DNA of 59,170 nt, filler included, from Sphacelaria rigidula (lineage: Eukaryota), in assembly GCA_964200075.2 (NCBI GenBank). It is 9 parts of 9 records of this genome, joined end to end, with 100 filler letters (N's around TTAATTAATTAA, not from the genome) between each part and the next. Parts side by side here need not be neighbours in the genome. Positions count along the whole stretch, not along the records: positions 19,759 to 26,244 come from CAXNAA020019797.1; positions 26,345 to 32,830 come from CAXNAA020019798.1; positions 32,931 to 39,415 come from CAXNAA020019799.1; 6 more parts are not named here. The stretch is one strand, 5' to 3'. Position numbers and translations under genes: made by a program. A model generated the notes under the pieces. It made no database searches. It was not told the DNA's origin and saw nothing but the letters and a program-made list of their open reading frames with translations. Below, piece by piece: positions 22,801-35,412 of the stretch (the first letter of the stretch is position 1; each line of letters starts with the position of its first letter).

Positions 22801-25482
22801 CGCTTTGTTTCGTGTCGTCTTCGAAACGTGGAGGCGTTCTTGTGTATACAAAAATAAACTCAGGGAGTAAAAAAGAGTGCTCCTCCTGAACCAAGTGCTC
22901 CCCAGGTGAGTTCGAGCAAAATGGTCTCACAAGATGGCTGACAAGGTGATGTCAACAAGCTACTCTGCATCCGCGCCAACACGTAGACACAGGAGTGTTA
23001 TGCGTTGTTGTCTCACCTCGAAAAAGATGGCGAGTAAACCAAAACCAGCGGCGGCTGCATAGAACGCTCCGTCGCCGACCCGATACGTTACCACTGTCAT
23101 GGGTTTTGTCACGATCCAAATGTTGTTGCCATCACACACGACAGGAAGTCCAACGTGGAGATGGCGGTTGATTACCCAGCGTAGCCCACCGATGCGCAAC
23201 GTCCCAAGAGGGACAGAAAAGCGAACAGACACAACGAGAAAAAATAATAAGAAAGGCAGGAGGATGCAGGTAAGGATCAGCGACAACAGGCGACACACAC
23301 AGAGCACAAAAGTCCACTCTCAATTCCCCCTCCCACCCACCCGCTGCCCCGTGAAGTCAAAATAATCCAAGCGATACAACACCGAGGAGAACTGCACCAC
23401 ATACCGAGTATGATAATAATGGCGGCCTTCATGGCAGCGCGCACGATGTTGAGAAATAGCTGCCCAAACGGGCCGCGGTGTCCCGCGAACACGTACAGGG
23501 CCTGTTGCACGTCCCACAGGTCCTGATCGAACAAGGGAAAACAAAAAGCACGATTCAAACACCAGAAGCGAACGCTCATCAACACGTCACACACCTTAGT
23601 ACGGGAATAGTGGAAAACTATCGTTCCACAAATATCACGATGCTACCTGTCGTACTGAAGTCTAAGCAGCGGACACATCGTTCGGGACGTTGACATTCAT
23701 GTATCAGGCGCCGGAGAATGGCATGGGACGGGGAAGGGATATTGGGGGGAAGGGGGGGGAAAGAAGACCTGGGTATGTTGGGCCAATGCTGAGCGTGAAT
23801 TATGCTGGTGAGGGGTGGCACCCAAAGGCGCGTGCAGTACAAACAGCAGCTCAATTCTTCGGGTGCAGAGCGCCGGAACTAGTCATTGCCCATCTATGTA
23901 AGCGCCAACTTTTCGTGACTTGACAATCACGTGCAAGTGCTGCAGCAGTGAGTATACCACAGACAGCTTCATAGTCCGGAAGCTCAACATGCGTGTGTTT
24001 GCAGTGTCGTGACTTACCCTTACGAAGGAGCACACGTAGAGAGTGATTACGGGCGCCAGCCAATTCTCTGCGTCGCACAAATTCTCTCCGAATAGCTGAT
24101 CCTCATCGTCCTCATCTTCCTCTTCCACGGATAGCTGGCATTTCGCCCCTACGATCATCAGATGCAGCCCGACTATGTGCAGGACGTGGACCTGTGCATG
24201 CATAAAACACAGAAGATTATATTTACAGTCAGAAGCGACCATGTGTACGAGTATCACACCATATCTGTGGGCGGGGAAAATTCATCTGATAAAGCAGTCA
24301 AGCTTCCACCAAGGCGTGCAGACACGCTGATCAAATTCGAGCAAACATCACGGTCTCGACACATGCCAGCCACGACGTCTTTGAGTTCACTCGATTGCTT
24401 TCCCGTCAACCACAGACAGGCAGGCCCGGCGAGGCTACCGTCGCTACTGCGTCATTCGACATTTCGTCCGGGTCATGCTCTGATATTCACATCGTTTCAA
24501 AACCGCAAAACCTCACCCTCCAAAAGGAGAAGATTGGTACCAGCCAGCTCTGCCGCTCCACAAACGTTTTCTGGAACCTGATGCAGTGAGTGACACAGCG
24601 AAACGGCAGCGGAACGGCGCCGACAAGCACCAAAAGACAGATACGGAAAGGAAGACACGGAAGGAATTAAAGGAAACGAAGGAATTAGTACAAAAACAAA
24701 GCAAGGTTGAATCGCACGCATAATATTCCCTTTATCCTCGAGCAAGCACATGTACATATATATACATGATAAAAACGAGAAACAGGTGAATGAAGTGGGA
24801 GGGCAGGAGAAACTGAGACAAACGACGTACAGTAGGCCCAACCACACGCACAACGTATATAACGCAGGGATAACATAACAAAATGCACCACATGTGAGCG
24901 TTTCGCTCATGTCTCGGCCACGAAGGTCAATCGACGTGTGAGGTCCCAGCAAGCGGGCTCCATCCGCATCGTCCGCGACCACGAAGCCGGGCATGAATTG
25001 ACGGGGGCTGGGGGGGGGGGGGCGGACCCCTTTTTTGTTGCCTTAGTCGTTTGACCATTGACCAAGCATCACTTTCGAGACGAAGCAAAACTGACGGGGG
25101 GAGGGGGTTGGAGGCTAGTTCGCTTTAGAAATCCGTGTCGACAACCTCACAGGCTCGCAAATTTTATCGACAACAACCATCGACGTTCACTTCACATGAC
25201 CAACCAACTCACTCAGCTCGAGCCACAGTGCTCGCTTACACTGCTGCTTATCTTACACGCGGACAATGTTTGCGGTGGGGGTACCCACCTCTTTGTGAGG
25301 GTCTTCCCGTCGAACATGGTAGTGACGTTAAGCGACAGGCAGGCCTCCTGCCAGAAGATCTCGTTGAAATCGTCGTAGTTTCTGACTTCGGTGTGGTCGA
25401 TCACCCCGTGCCCGATGTCCGCCAGCTGCTTCGCGAGGATATCATACGCCGGAGTGATGATATCGTCGAGGTATACGGGGAT
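19839..25482 (-). CDS. 1,3-beta-glucan (callose) synthase, GT48/FKS1 family, ten internal exons
   Basis: Phase-consistent exons 25482-25289, 24577-24517, 24191-24018, 23522-23405, 23093-23017, 22603-22424, 21740-21475, 21119-21000, 20449-20332, 19925-19839. Motifs RNYDDFNEIFW, KTFVERQSW, RYTLFWLLVL..K.AFSY, IYFLDMQIW and FAHVWNEIVDAMREEDIISDRE. Confidence 0.93.
25010..25088 (-). mobile_element. 5'-truncated LINE 3' end with C-run (subfamily A), in a glucan synthase intron
   Basis: G13...ttgccttagtcgtttgaccattgaccaagcatcactttcgagacgaagca. Flanking repeat aa(t/c)tgacggggg at 24996-25007 and 25089-25100. Confidence 0.75.
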
Positions 25483-26073
25483 CTGCGTGGGACAAGAAGA
25501 GCCAAGAAGTGCAACGATGGTTCGGTGATCAGTCACAACACACCCGACTCTTGGTGCTAACGAAAGCTCACCAGTGAAAACAGCGTTACTTGGCCCTGCA
25601 CGCTCAAAACACTCGAGACACGTTTGTGCTGAATGTACCAAGAAGCACAGAAACCCACCTCCAAGGTACACACTTGAGATTAGTGCTATTCAGCTGTGCG
25701 AGATCAACCGGGTTCCTCACACCCATCATTCCGTAGGTGGTGGATAGTGCGTGTCCTACAAGCGGAGAAAAGGGTAAGTATACCGTGAAACACAACGCGG
25801 TGCCTCAACCCTTTTGGAACTCGCGAAAAATAGTCCAAAGTCCCATATGCAAGCTTTCCTAACCGGAAAAACGTCACTTCATGTTGGGTGCACGAATCTG
25901 TCACATTAGTATACTCGAACTTGGAGTAATTCACCGTTTTGGTGGTCTGCATCATCAACAGTTGCTGCGAGGGTCGGACAAATAATGATTCGTCTGGAAA
26001 TTACTTGGTTCTAGTATAGTTGACTCGACTCGTACGAATCAACCCCTCGGCTTTGTTTCCAGCGTTGCAAGTC

Positions 26074-26215
26074 GCCGCGCCCCGGTGGTGTAATGGTCCG
26101 ACTGTCGCCGTTAGGGTGGAGAGAACGGGAGTTCGATTCCTGATGCGTTGGGTTCTTTTCTTCGTGATGTATTATTCCCACCGTGGAAAGCGTGAGAACG
26201 TGAGTAAACAAAAAT
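26074..26215 (+). mobile_element. tRNA-like head, probably a second SINE family
   Basis: A-box tggtgtaatggt (26086-26097) and B-box gagttcgattcc (26129-26140) at tRNA-like spacing, but no clean cloverleaf. Confidence 0.5.
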
Positions 26216-26244
26216 AGTCAACTGGGTTTGTGTGACGTGAGTTG

Positions 26245-26344
26245 NNNNNNNNNNNNNNNNNNNNNNNNNNNNNNNNNNNNNNNNNNNNTTAATTAATTAA
26301 NNNNNNNNNNNNNNNNNNNNNNNNNNNNNNNNNNNNNNNNNNNN
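26245..26344. other. Artificial contig linker
   Basis: N44-TTAATTAATTAA-N44. Confidence 0.99.
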
Positions 26345-26426
26345 TGTGGGGAAAGCACTGTTTTAGGCTTGAGCCTCATCTCGAAGTTAAATCTCAATTC
26401 TCACAATTTGTTGTTATCTGTCGCAG

Positions 26427-29400
26427 CCTTTGCTGGTGTTGTAGTGGGGGGCAGGGGTGGAGAGCATAGCTAAATTGCTCGGTGGCGACGACAAGCACGC
26501 GGGGGCGGGGAAGAAGCACCGGAGGACTCATCACTTCCTCACCGTTAAGTTCGAAGCCATGTGGTGTGTGATCGTCGAGAAATACGAGGCGGAGAAGGGT
26601 GTTGATGCAAGCCGTCAGGGAGAAGACGTGGTGTCGTGGCTCCGGGAACGGGCCTCCAACCATGTGACCCTGAGATTTTGGCTGCCGTTCCTCGTGAATC
26701 ACTACCCGGCGTACCTGGGCTTCCGGATGGGCAAACGGATCAGGGATTACGGCCTGAGGACTGCGGCACTGCGGGAGGCCGCGCCCATATTCACCCTCAC
26801 CAAGAAACTGCGATACCAGCGTCTGTGCGCAAATCACCTCTCCCATGTGACGAGGATGACAGACGGTGACTTCCACGCGGCGGGGACATTATTCTCGGTC
26901 AGTTTCGGTAGGGGAGAACATCACAACGTAGCCCTCGACGAGTACCAGGAGATGACGAATAAGGTGGTGAAATCAGCGATCGGCAGAATCACCCCCGGCT
27001 TCATAAACAAGCTGGCTCCGATTTGCGAGAGTCGGCAAGCAGCCGTACACGCGGTGGACGACCAGCTGTATCCAACTCCGAAAGAGCGCGCCAGGTCAGC
27101 GGAGGTTATCAGGGACAGGGCGGAGGCGGTGGAGAAGGTCTTGCCATTCGTGCGGAAGTGCACCGCCTTCTCCCAGGATGGAGCAGAGAAGTTGAAGTCC
27201 TTCAGTCTAAGGGTGGTGAATGCAGAGGACCAGAAGAAAATGTTGGCGGCGAAGAAGATATCGTCAGAGAGATGGGACGAGGTTCTGACGGTGGTGGCAA
27301 AGGGGGGTCCGCACGGAGAACGGCTGAAGAAGACCACTTTCCCCGTATTCAAGGCACAAAACACGACCACAAAAGCTTCGAAGAAACCACAGAGGAAAAG
27401 TGCGCTGCAGAAGGACTACAAAGACCTCACCCTCCAGGGCAAGGAATATCACGCTGTACTGGCGGATATACTGAGCAGTGCGCGCCTGCGAACGGCGGAG
27501 GAACTGGCGATACTGAAGCACAGTCTCGGGGCGGTGTTGCCTCTGGCGATGGCACACGCTGGCGACGGGGGCGGCCGCAAAGCGAATAAGTCAAAGGGAA
27601 TATGACAATTCATGCTGCGCGAGTGCGCGGATGCCGTCCAACCGTCGCCGCATGCCTCAGTTGACGCTTCTGTTGTAGACTTGGCGACGGAACTCCATCG
27701 AACACCCCCATCCAGCGTCCTCAACGCCGATGCGGTGGCGCTGCTGCCGGAGTTTAGGGATAAAATCCTCACCGAGTATTCGGCGTTCGGGGCCACTTTC
27801 GTCGGCTTGTGCTATGACTACTCGCCGCTCGTACCGCCAATTAAAGCTGCAGAACAAGCCAGCCGAAAGGCCGGCCTCGCCGGTTCACATGGCGTGTTCG
27901 ACCCCGCCTCTTCCGACGAAGTCCCGACCGGCGGCGATTTTCAGGCATATCTCCGCGCGCACAATAACAGGGACGATATTGCCGCGGCCATCTGTAAATA
28001 CTTCGTAGGACACAGGGACGGCAAAGGCCTAAGAGGGGACACGACATTCATCTTCACCGGTATATCATGGCCTCGTCCACTGCACCCTGTCCTCCCAATG
28101 CCAGAAGGAACTCTGCCGTCAGCTGCCCCCGCGGACCCCCAACAACCGTCGCCAACATATGAGCACTCTGTAATTATTGCAGCGCCCGAGTCGGAGAACA
28201 TCCCGCCAGGCGACAGTGGTACGAGAGGGACTAGACCTGCGAAGGGTGTAACCTCCCTCCGCGCCCCCATTTGTGGGTCGATCGTCCGAAACACTCAGAT
28301 ATATGGGTCGGCCTCTGGCGGCGCCGCCCGGGCCCCCACCCCCCAAGTGCTACGCGCGCGTAGCGTGAACGTGGCCGCAGCCCTTGCGGCAGGTGATCTC
28401 GGGCGGCGGTTTTCAGACGGCGAGGCCACCAGCGTGCGGCCCGGCGCGGCCTCCCGCGTCCAACCTGGAGCAGCACTTTCCGGCTAAACGGGGACGGGGA
28501 CGGCCGGACGAGGTGGCAGTTGCGCCGCCGATATGGCACTTCCACGACATGCCGCGGGCGACAGCAGTGTCTCTGGTGGTGCCAGCGCCGCAGACTCGTC
28601 GGGAGTGGGGCAGGGGAGGACTGCCGCCAGTCACCCCGGCGATGCACCTGATACGCTGGTTTGGGGGCATGGCAGCCCGAGGCGTGTGCCTGGCGCCCAC
28701 ATCGGTGAGGGGGAGCTGGCCATGACTCACAGGATTGTACACCAATGGGAGTATGCACCCGTTTGCGACCTGCGTAGCTGGATGGTGACGTCCATAGACA
28801 CTGATCAAGTTATGCATGTCTTGTTGGCTATGGCGATCGGTGCTATACCGTGGAGGGGAGACCACAATGTGGATGTTCAGGTCCGGCAGAAAAGAATCAG
28901 GGAGCTGAGGAGTTCATCCTAGTCAATAGAGTCTACGAGGCCGTATGCAACAGCGAGGAATGGGCAGCGGGTGCAGCCGCAGAGGGGAGCGTGGTGCCGG
29001 CGTGGCTGTCGGACGCGGCCAAAGGGGTGCTATTCGTGGTTGTGTACTTCTTGGCCGGGTGCGATTTCTTGCCGGCGATGTACAACATGGGATTCAAGAC
29101 CATGCTGCGTCACGTGCGAATGACCATCGCCATGCCTCGCCTGTTCACCGAGCCCATCGTTTTTGTCCACGATGGCACATGGCGGGTGCGCACAGAGGCC
29201 GCCGTGAAGATGCTGTGCGTATGTTACTTCAAGGAGCATGTGGATGTATTCGACACGAGTTTTTCGCGCGGTGCCGCGGACCTATTCGAGTCTACCGCGA
29301 TCAATAGGGATGCCCAGAAATTTGCACATGTCGTGCAGGAAACGATCTGGACCGCCAAAGGAGCAATGGGTAAAAAGAACTGCCCGAGATGGGATGCGCT

Positions 29401-29818
29401 GGACCTGCACGTTCGCAGGGCCGACGCCGTCTTGGAATATTGGCAAGGAGCCATTCAGCTACCCACCCCTCCGACCTCGTTCGAAGGCCGCGGCTGGTGC
29501 ACAAGTGACGGCGATGACACAGCGCCTCTGACGAAGGAGAATGTGGTGTTCAAACTGTCGCCGCATGCTCTCCTCATGCAGGAGGGGCGAGTGAAGTTCC
29601 TCAAGTGCCAGTGTAAACCAGACACGGCTGCGAGGCACAAATGCAAAAACTGCAATTGTGGCAAGAGGGGCAAGCAATGTGTATATGGGTATTGTGGATG
29701 CAACGGTGCATGCGGACCTGCCGCGATGGGCACAGATGACGCAGCGGCTACGACCATGTCAAGGGGGCATGCAGTGGGTACTACATCGAGGATGGCGGGG
29801 CCCGCAGACGGTCAGTGA
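26427..29818 (+). mobile_element. Decayed AcademX-like DNA transposon gene (transposase C-half + XPG/PIN nuclease + Cys-rich zinc finger)
   Basis: ORFs 26457-27605, 27612-28487 and 28533-28922 share one frame and are separated only by single stops; one frameshift near 28900 leads into 28850-29818. Motifs in order: GKKHRRTHHFL...EAMW; NVALDEYQEMTNK; VVDL...CYDY...IKAAEQASR; HIGEGE...SIDTDQ; LAGCDF...GFKT; LHVRRA...W...P.P....GW; CQC...CKNCNC......C....CGC...C. Confidence 0.75.
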
Positions 29819-30577
29819 AGCACCACTCTCGAACGCAAATTCGGTCATCTTATTCACTCGCACCGCCCGATAACACCAAGTTTCACTGGCTTGGGCACTG
29901 TGTGTCGAGGATGATCTATTTATTGCACCTCAATCTACCGGCGCTGACAATTTCGAGGTCTATCGAAGAGTACTACACGAGAAAAAACGGGGGACACTCG
30001 GCATTACTTTGACCGCCCAGTTGTTTGTGCAACATTTCAGCATGGAGTAGAGGAGGTGGGGCAAGACGACAAACCCTGGCCAAAGTATTTAAGTTGAGGA
30101 CTGGGGTATGTTCACCGTCACTGGTTACAATGTGAAGTGGGTCTGCTGTCGCGCCGAAATGTCGCAGACAAAAAATGAGCAACCAATATGGGCAACGTGT
30201 CGTCGTTACGGCTCAGTCTAAGAGGGGAAGTGTGCAAGACAACGGGAGGGGTGGTCTGATGGTGCTCCAATGTGTGCGCTTCGCAGGTGACAGCAGCGAC
30301 TCGGGGGGTCTGAATCGGCGCGCAAGGGACAGGCAATCAGGCGAAGAGGGGTCGGACTCAGGTGCAGGGCATGTGCCGCAAGTAGGGTCGGTTGGCATGC
30401 GGGTTACATGGCAAGGGTGTGCGGCTATATGGGTGTGCAACACTAACGGTTGTTACCGATATAGGCTGCCTTTTCGATTGGAGCCCACAACGTTTTTGTG
30501 AGGTTGAGAGTAGAGCGCGGATGAAAACTGGCTCTAATCAATCTTTCATTCATGTATGCTCTTATTTGCCTCCATCA

Positions 30578-30730
30578 CCGCCGTGTGCTTACAGCTACAT
30601 GTCGATATCCTACTCGGGGATATAGACCGAGTCAGTGGCTAGCAACGGTAGACAGAATATCTGACCTCGTGGAGGGCTATTTGGGAACTGAAACGATCCA
30701 TTCACTGACTGCCTTTCACTCACAATCGTA
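30578..30730 (+). pseudogene. Decayed exon-like segment shared with 42960-43120
   Basis: Both copies follow a ...cag acceptor-like site and read LHVDILL.D...SG.....Y..SWR.I..LKR. Both contain in-frame stops. Confidence 0.45.
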
Positions 30731-32830
30731 TACAGATTTCCGTCGGCGACCGATAACACTGTATATTGCCACTGACGTGGGCTTCATCACCAGCCAACCC
30801 CTGCTCTCAATGTCCTCACCATGTTGTTGTAATCAGATGGTAGCGCGGTAGATAGTGAGGAGGAGTCGGATGCGGACAGCTTGCCGGAGCCCGGCGATTG
30901 ATGAGCGGACAGGAGCGCCCGCTTGCAGCGGCGTGGTGAGTACTCAATGGTTCTTGCTTTTTGTAACATGTACACGAGGTTAGAATGGAACGAACGTACG
31001 CGCTGGGAGCAAGACGGCGCAGAGCATCCAGCGGCGAACGACACGCCGTGTCCGTATCACCCGGCAAAGAGTAATCGAGGATGGCGTCCTGTGCCCCGCC
31101 TGCTGCTTGGAATACCTGTCGCATGCTGATGAAGCATTCATTATTTTTTATGCAAAAAATAAAATCATCGCGGAATGACTAGCAGTAGTACCGCTTTTGT
31201 TCGCGTTATTACCACTAATAGTAAGTCGTTTATTCACGGAGTCAGATACACTTGAAAATGAAAACACACGAAGCAAAGGTGAAATGAGGATGAGGATGGA
31301 CATGATGCAGAGGGAGGCGCCCCCCCCCCCACACACACACGCACACACATGGTAATCTCCGTGACGTAACACACATACTAGCACGTGATTTTTTGTCCGA
31401 CGAAGTGTTCCGGAAGATAAGGAACTAGTATCATTACTGGCATAACTGTCGGGCAAGGGTGTGGGAGGCGTGCGAAACTCACGGAAAGTGTTGGCAGGAC
31501 GTGGACACCTCACGGCAGACCGTACCCGCAGGCGCGTCTGTTATCAAGGGCGTACCCAGTCCCCTCGTAACGGTACGGGACGCGTACAGAACTGTTGCAA
31601 TTGTGGGATGAGGCTATGAAATCGCCGCAGAATTTGCAGAACTGTCGGGTACCAGTATGAATTTGTTGGGTATGGTAAGTGATTGCTTGGTTGAGGTCAT
31701 TGACGCACTTGACCAGACCCCCCAGTCATTCGGCGGTGTTGGCCTGATGGACGCGCACAAGGCCCAACAGAAGTCAACACCGCCCCTGAAAACGGTTACA
31801 AACAGCGAGATATTATAAGGGAGCAATGTAATAGACGAAGACGCGCAAATTATAGTGACAGAAAAGGGGAAGACTGAAAGGTAGTACATACCCGGGCAAA
31901 TGCGTCGGGTACACAGAAAATCGTACCCCACAGAACACACATGGTAATCTGCGGCGACGTCAGGAGGTGCGCGCGCGAGTCATGGACGATCGCCGCAGAT
32001 TGGAGTATTTACAAACGTTCCCGGCAGGAGTTAACATTGCAAGTGACATCCAACTTGATGCTGAAATATCACCGGATTGAAGATGCCACACCACTGTCGT
32101 GCGCTCTTGTTACTGGGACTGGCGCAGGTACTGGCGTCGGACAGGTCTGACGTTTTACTGGTGGTCCATGGCACGAAGGGCGCAGCAGGACGGCAGGGCG
32201 TGACGGTTGACGGCAGGAAGTGCGGCCGTAGGGGCGGGGCCAATGAAGTAGAGGCATTTGTGTGGGTGCGTAGGCGGGTAGAGGCGAGGGTACTCATTTA
32301 GCGCAATGGCGCCGCGATGCAGGGGCGTCGTCAGTATTGTTGGCGCGATGCTGTACGGTAACACTCGTTCCAGGTTGTATCACTCATGGAGCGGTGCGAT
32401 GCCTTGAGGGTTAGGGCGGGAGGTTTTAACGGCACGCACTGGTGGGGAGATGAGCGCGAGGGATGGTGGGACATGGAAAACCTCTGTCGCGTCCCGCGAT
32501 ATGCATGCTCATGCGGCGTGCACGGCTCGCGACCGCCGAGCGATGGCGTGCGCACCGACAATCCGCTGTATTTCTGTCTCCTTTTTATTCTCGTTGTAAT
32601 GTTACCAATTTTATTCCACTTTATTATCTGATTTTGTATAGCATCTGCGTAAATGTTTTTTTGTTTTATTTATTATACGATTATTTATTGGAAAAATATC
32701 CCCAGGTAGCTCGCAGAGACGAAATTTGTACAGCGCTGGCGTTTGGGCGTTACTCGTTGATTGACGGGTCAAGGTCGTTTTATTTGCATAACACGCACTG
32801 GATACCAAAATCAACTCTACCTCAACCCGT

Positions 32831-32930
32831 NNNNNNNNNNNNNNNNNNNNNNNNNNNNNNNNNNNNNNNNNNNNTTAATTAATTAANNNNNNNNNNNNNN
32901 NNNNNNNNNNNNNNNNNNNNNNNNNNNNNN
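32831..32930. other. Artificial contig linker
   Basis: N44-TTAATTAATTAA-N44. Confidence 0.99.
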
Positions 32931-32996
32931 GGGGGGTTACTCATTTGTTGCTTGTTTTAGTCGTTCGACCATTGACACGCATCCCTTTCGACACGG
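32931..32996 (-). mobile_element. 5'-truncated LINE 3' end (subfamily A) with G-runs on both sides
   Basis: gggggg-ttactcatttgttgcttgttttagtcgttcgaccattgacacgcatccctttcgacac-ggggggggagggggg. Confidence 0.8.
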
Positions 32997-34189
32997 GGGG
33001 GGAGGGGGGTGAGCCTGGGGATAAGGTGTAGGGATATAGATCTGGTTTACTCAAACCTAGGTTTGAACCCTGAGTAGCCCTACGTTGAAAGAGTTGGATC
33101 ACGTAAGGTTTTGCGAGGAGGAACCGAGCATAACGTGGCTAGATTCTTGCGTGAACAGGTACATGTAACTGCAGAAAACATTCTGCACACAAACACACAA
33201 TTTACAACCCTGGACACACTGCTGGCGTTTGCATCCTGTCGCCATCCTGTCGCTCTACTCTTGAAAGCTGCCCCATGTCCGTCGTGAAATTCGGCCGATG
33301 ACGTACACATACACATACAGTATAGTACATCACACGGTACTCGCCCGGCACAATTTTTGGCATCTAAAGTTACCGTTCCGACCGAAATGTTGAATATATT
33401 GATCTGGGAGCGAGAACAGTTTTGCGTGTTACTTTGCACGGCCAACGCTAGAGTCTCTGTGTCGGTACGTGTGAGCTGTTGAGTAAGATAATTCCATGGC
33501 ACACCGAGCACGTGAGGACATAAGGAGACCAGTTATTTTAGGCTCTCAGAGATGAACTTGCTAAATTGGAATGAGGTGAGAGCTCGCTCGACTGTCCGAA
33601 TCTAGCTGACGGAAGGGGACTGGCCGCATTCAGAGGTTGGGGCAGGGGCGCCGAGTTCGTGTTGCACTATACAGACAGCGCCGTACATCACTAAATATCG
33701 TTGGTCTGTGCAAATCCAGCTTGGCTTCGCGTGTCGAGTGGAGGGGGTTGGGCTCCCTCTCTATCGGTCCGAATGGTCGTCGCGGCACCGGATATTTTGG
33801 GGTTGGTATAATATCATTTATTTTCATTGTATCGCGTCTGTGTTTTTTTTTTTTACCCTGTTTTATTTTACTTTTATTTCCTTCTACACCTTATTTTGGG
33901 TAGTCGGCCCGTGACCACAGAAGACGTCCGCATCAGATGCCCGCTATGGAAGTAAGATGGTACTGCGCAAAGACCGGAACGATTGTTTATCTGAAGACAA
34001 CATCAACGACAACATAGGGTGCTCGTAGCGCCTTCCTGTGCTTCTGACGGTACTGTACTGTTTGTACAGACACTACAGCAACATCACGACATCTCTTTTG
34101 ACTGTGCAAACCCAGTTGCCGAGGGGGAGCTCGTCGCGTGTAGAGTTGCAGCAGGGGTACTGAGCTCGGTAGGGGCTTTTGGTTTACCT

Positions 34190-35412
34190 GCACGGCACTG
34201 TCTGTACGAGCTGGGCCAGCCTAAAAATGGATTTAAACTCTCAAAGCAATATCTCGTCGACACGGACGAGTTGGGCCATGATCCGCATATTTTATTAATC
34301 GTCTAACCAAGGGGAAGGTGCACATGCGCTCAAAAATCTGAGCCAATATTTTCCCGTTGATTAAACCCATGTCTAGTAATTCCTACACCTAACCGAGATA
34401 GCGTCCACACTAAATCTATATGAAACCCCCGATCGATACATTCAGCGGGTGACGACGATTTTGGTGTGGACATTCCCTGGAGCACAGGGAGACGATAGAC
34501 ACACTCACTCTCACCTAGTTTGTCATCTATCTCGAGATATGGCGCACGTAAGTTTCCATACTAAAATCAATATATTGCGAGCAGAGGCACTATATGAACC
34601 CAATCTAAATATTTCGTCTCAGTTTTTGAGAGTTATGCTATTAGATTTCGTTTGGAGTACTGATGGCGCAAAATAAAACTAACAGAAACAGCTTTTTCAT
34701 TTTTTTCGGGTTTTTTTCCCGTTTTTATAGCAGTTTCGAGGAGAAATGAACACTGCTCTTCAGCCACATCTCAATTTTTTAGCTCAATTTTTAGAATTGT
34801 GATTTGAAACTCAGGATAAAGAACCACAGAGGTATGCTGGATAAAAAAAAATGGGCCCTCGATTTTTTTGGGGGGGGGAAGAGGTTCGGGCGTTCTCTTG
34901 GAAAAATGTTCGTTTCCATACGAAAAAGCCCTAAACCAGTGGGGAAAAAAACTGGCCCTCTTTGTATTGTCAATCATGCCCTAGCCACGGCTTACACAAA
35001 GTTTCAATACACAAACACCAAACGTGGGCCGGTAAGTGGCCTGCAAAATACTGTTCCGAATTTCTTGTGACCCCGTCACTGAACGTCCCATTCACCGACC
35101 AATATTTAGAGTTGGATCCTGAAATTTGGTATGGACAATGAAAAGGGCATAGCATAATAAAAACAAATACCAGTGCACACAAGTTTTTTTTTTCTATGAG
35201 TTAAGGGCATTTTACTGATACCTGAAAACTGATTATCGCCCCTAACTCATGAAAAAAAAAAAACTCGTGTGCACTGATATTTGTTTTGATCATGCCCTAC
35301 TCACTGTCCATAACAAATTTCAGGGTCCAACTCTAAACATCGGCCGGTGAACGGGCCTGCAAACTTCAAATTCGCTTCTCGGCTGGCCCGGCTCGTACAG
35401 AGCGTGCCGTAC
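34190..35412. mobile_element. Tail-to-tail pair of the 4892-5584 repeat family, forming a large inverted structure
   Basis: Forward copy ~34190-35207 and an internally deleted reverse copy 35207-35412. Outer ~30-bp inverted match (cacggcac..tctgtacgagc.gggccagcc) and an inner hairpin with ~115-bp arms (35090-35352). Confidence 0.75.

Noticed and set aside
25655..25760. Additional upstream glucan synthase exon
   Set aside because: It has acceptor- and donor-like sites, but I could not find a phase-compatible, stop-free join to the exon starting at 25482.
27603..27605. Programmed stop read-through or selenocysteine in the Academ-like frame
   Set aside because: Other stops (TAG, TAA) and a frameshift occur in the same gene, so ordinary decay such as CGA>TGA is simpler.
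26394..29757. Many overlapping alternative-frame and antisense ORFs (e.g. 27023-27589, 28231-28758)
   Set aside because: Shadows of the GC-rich Academ-like frame, with no motifs of their own.
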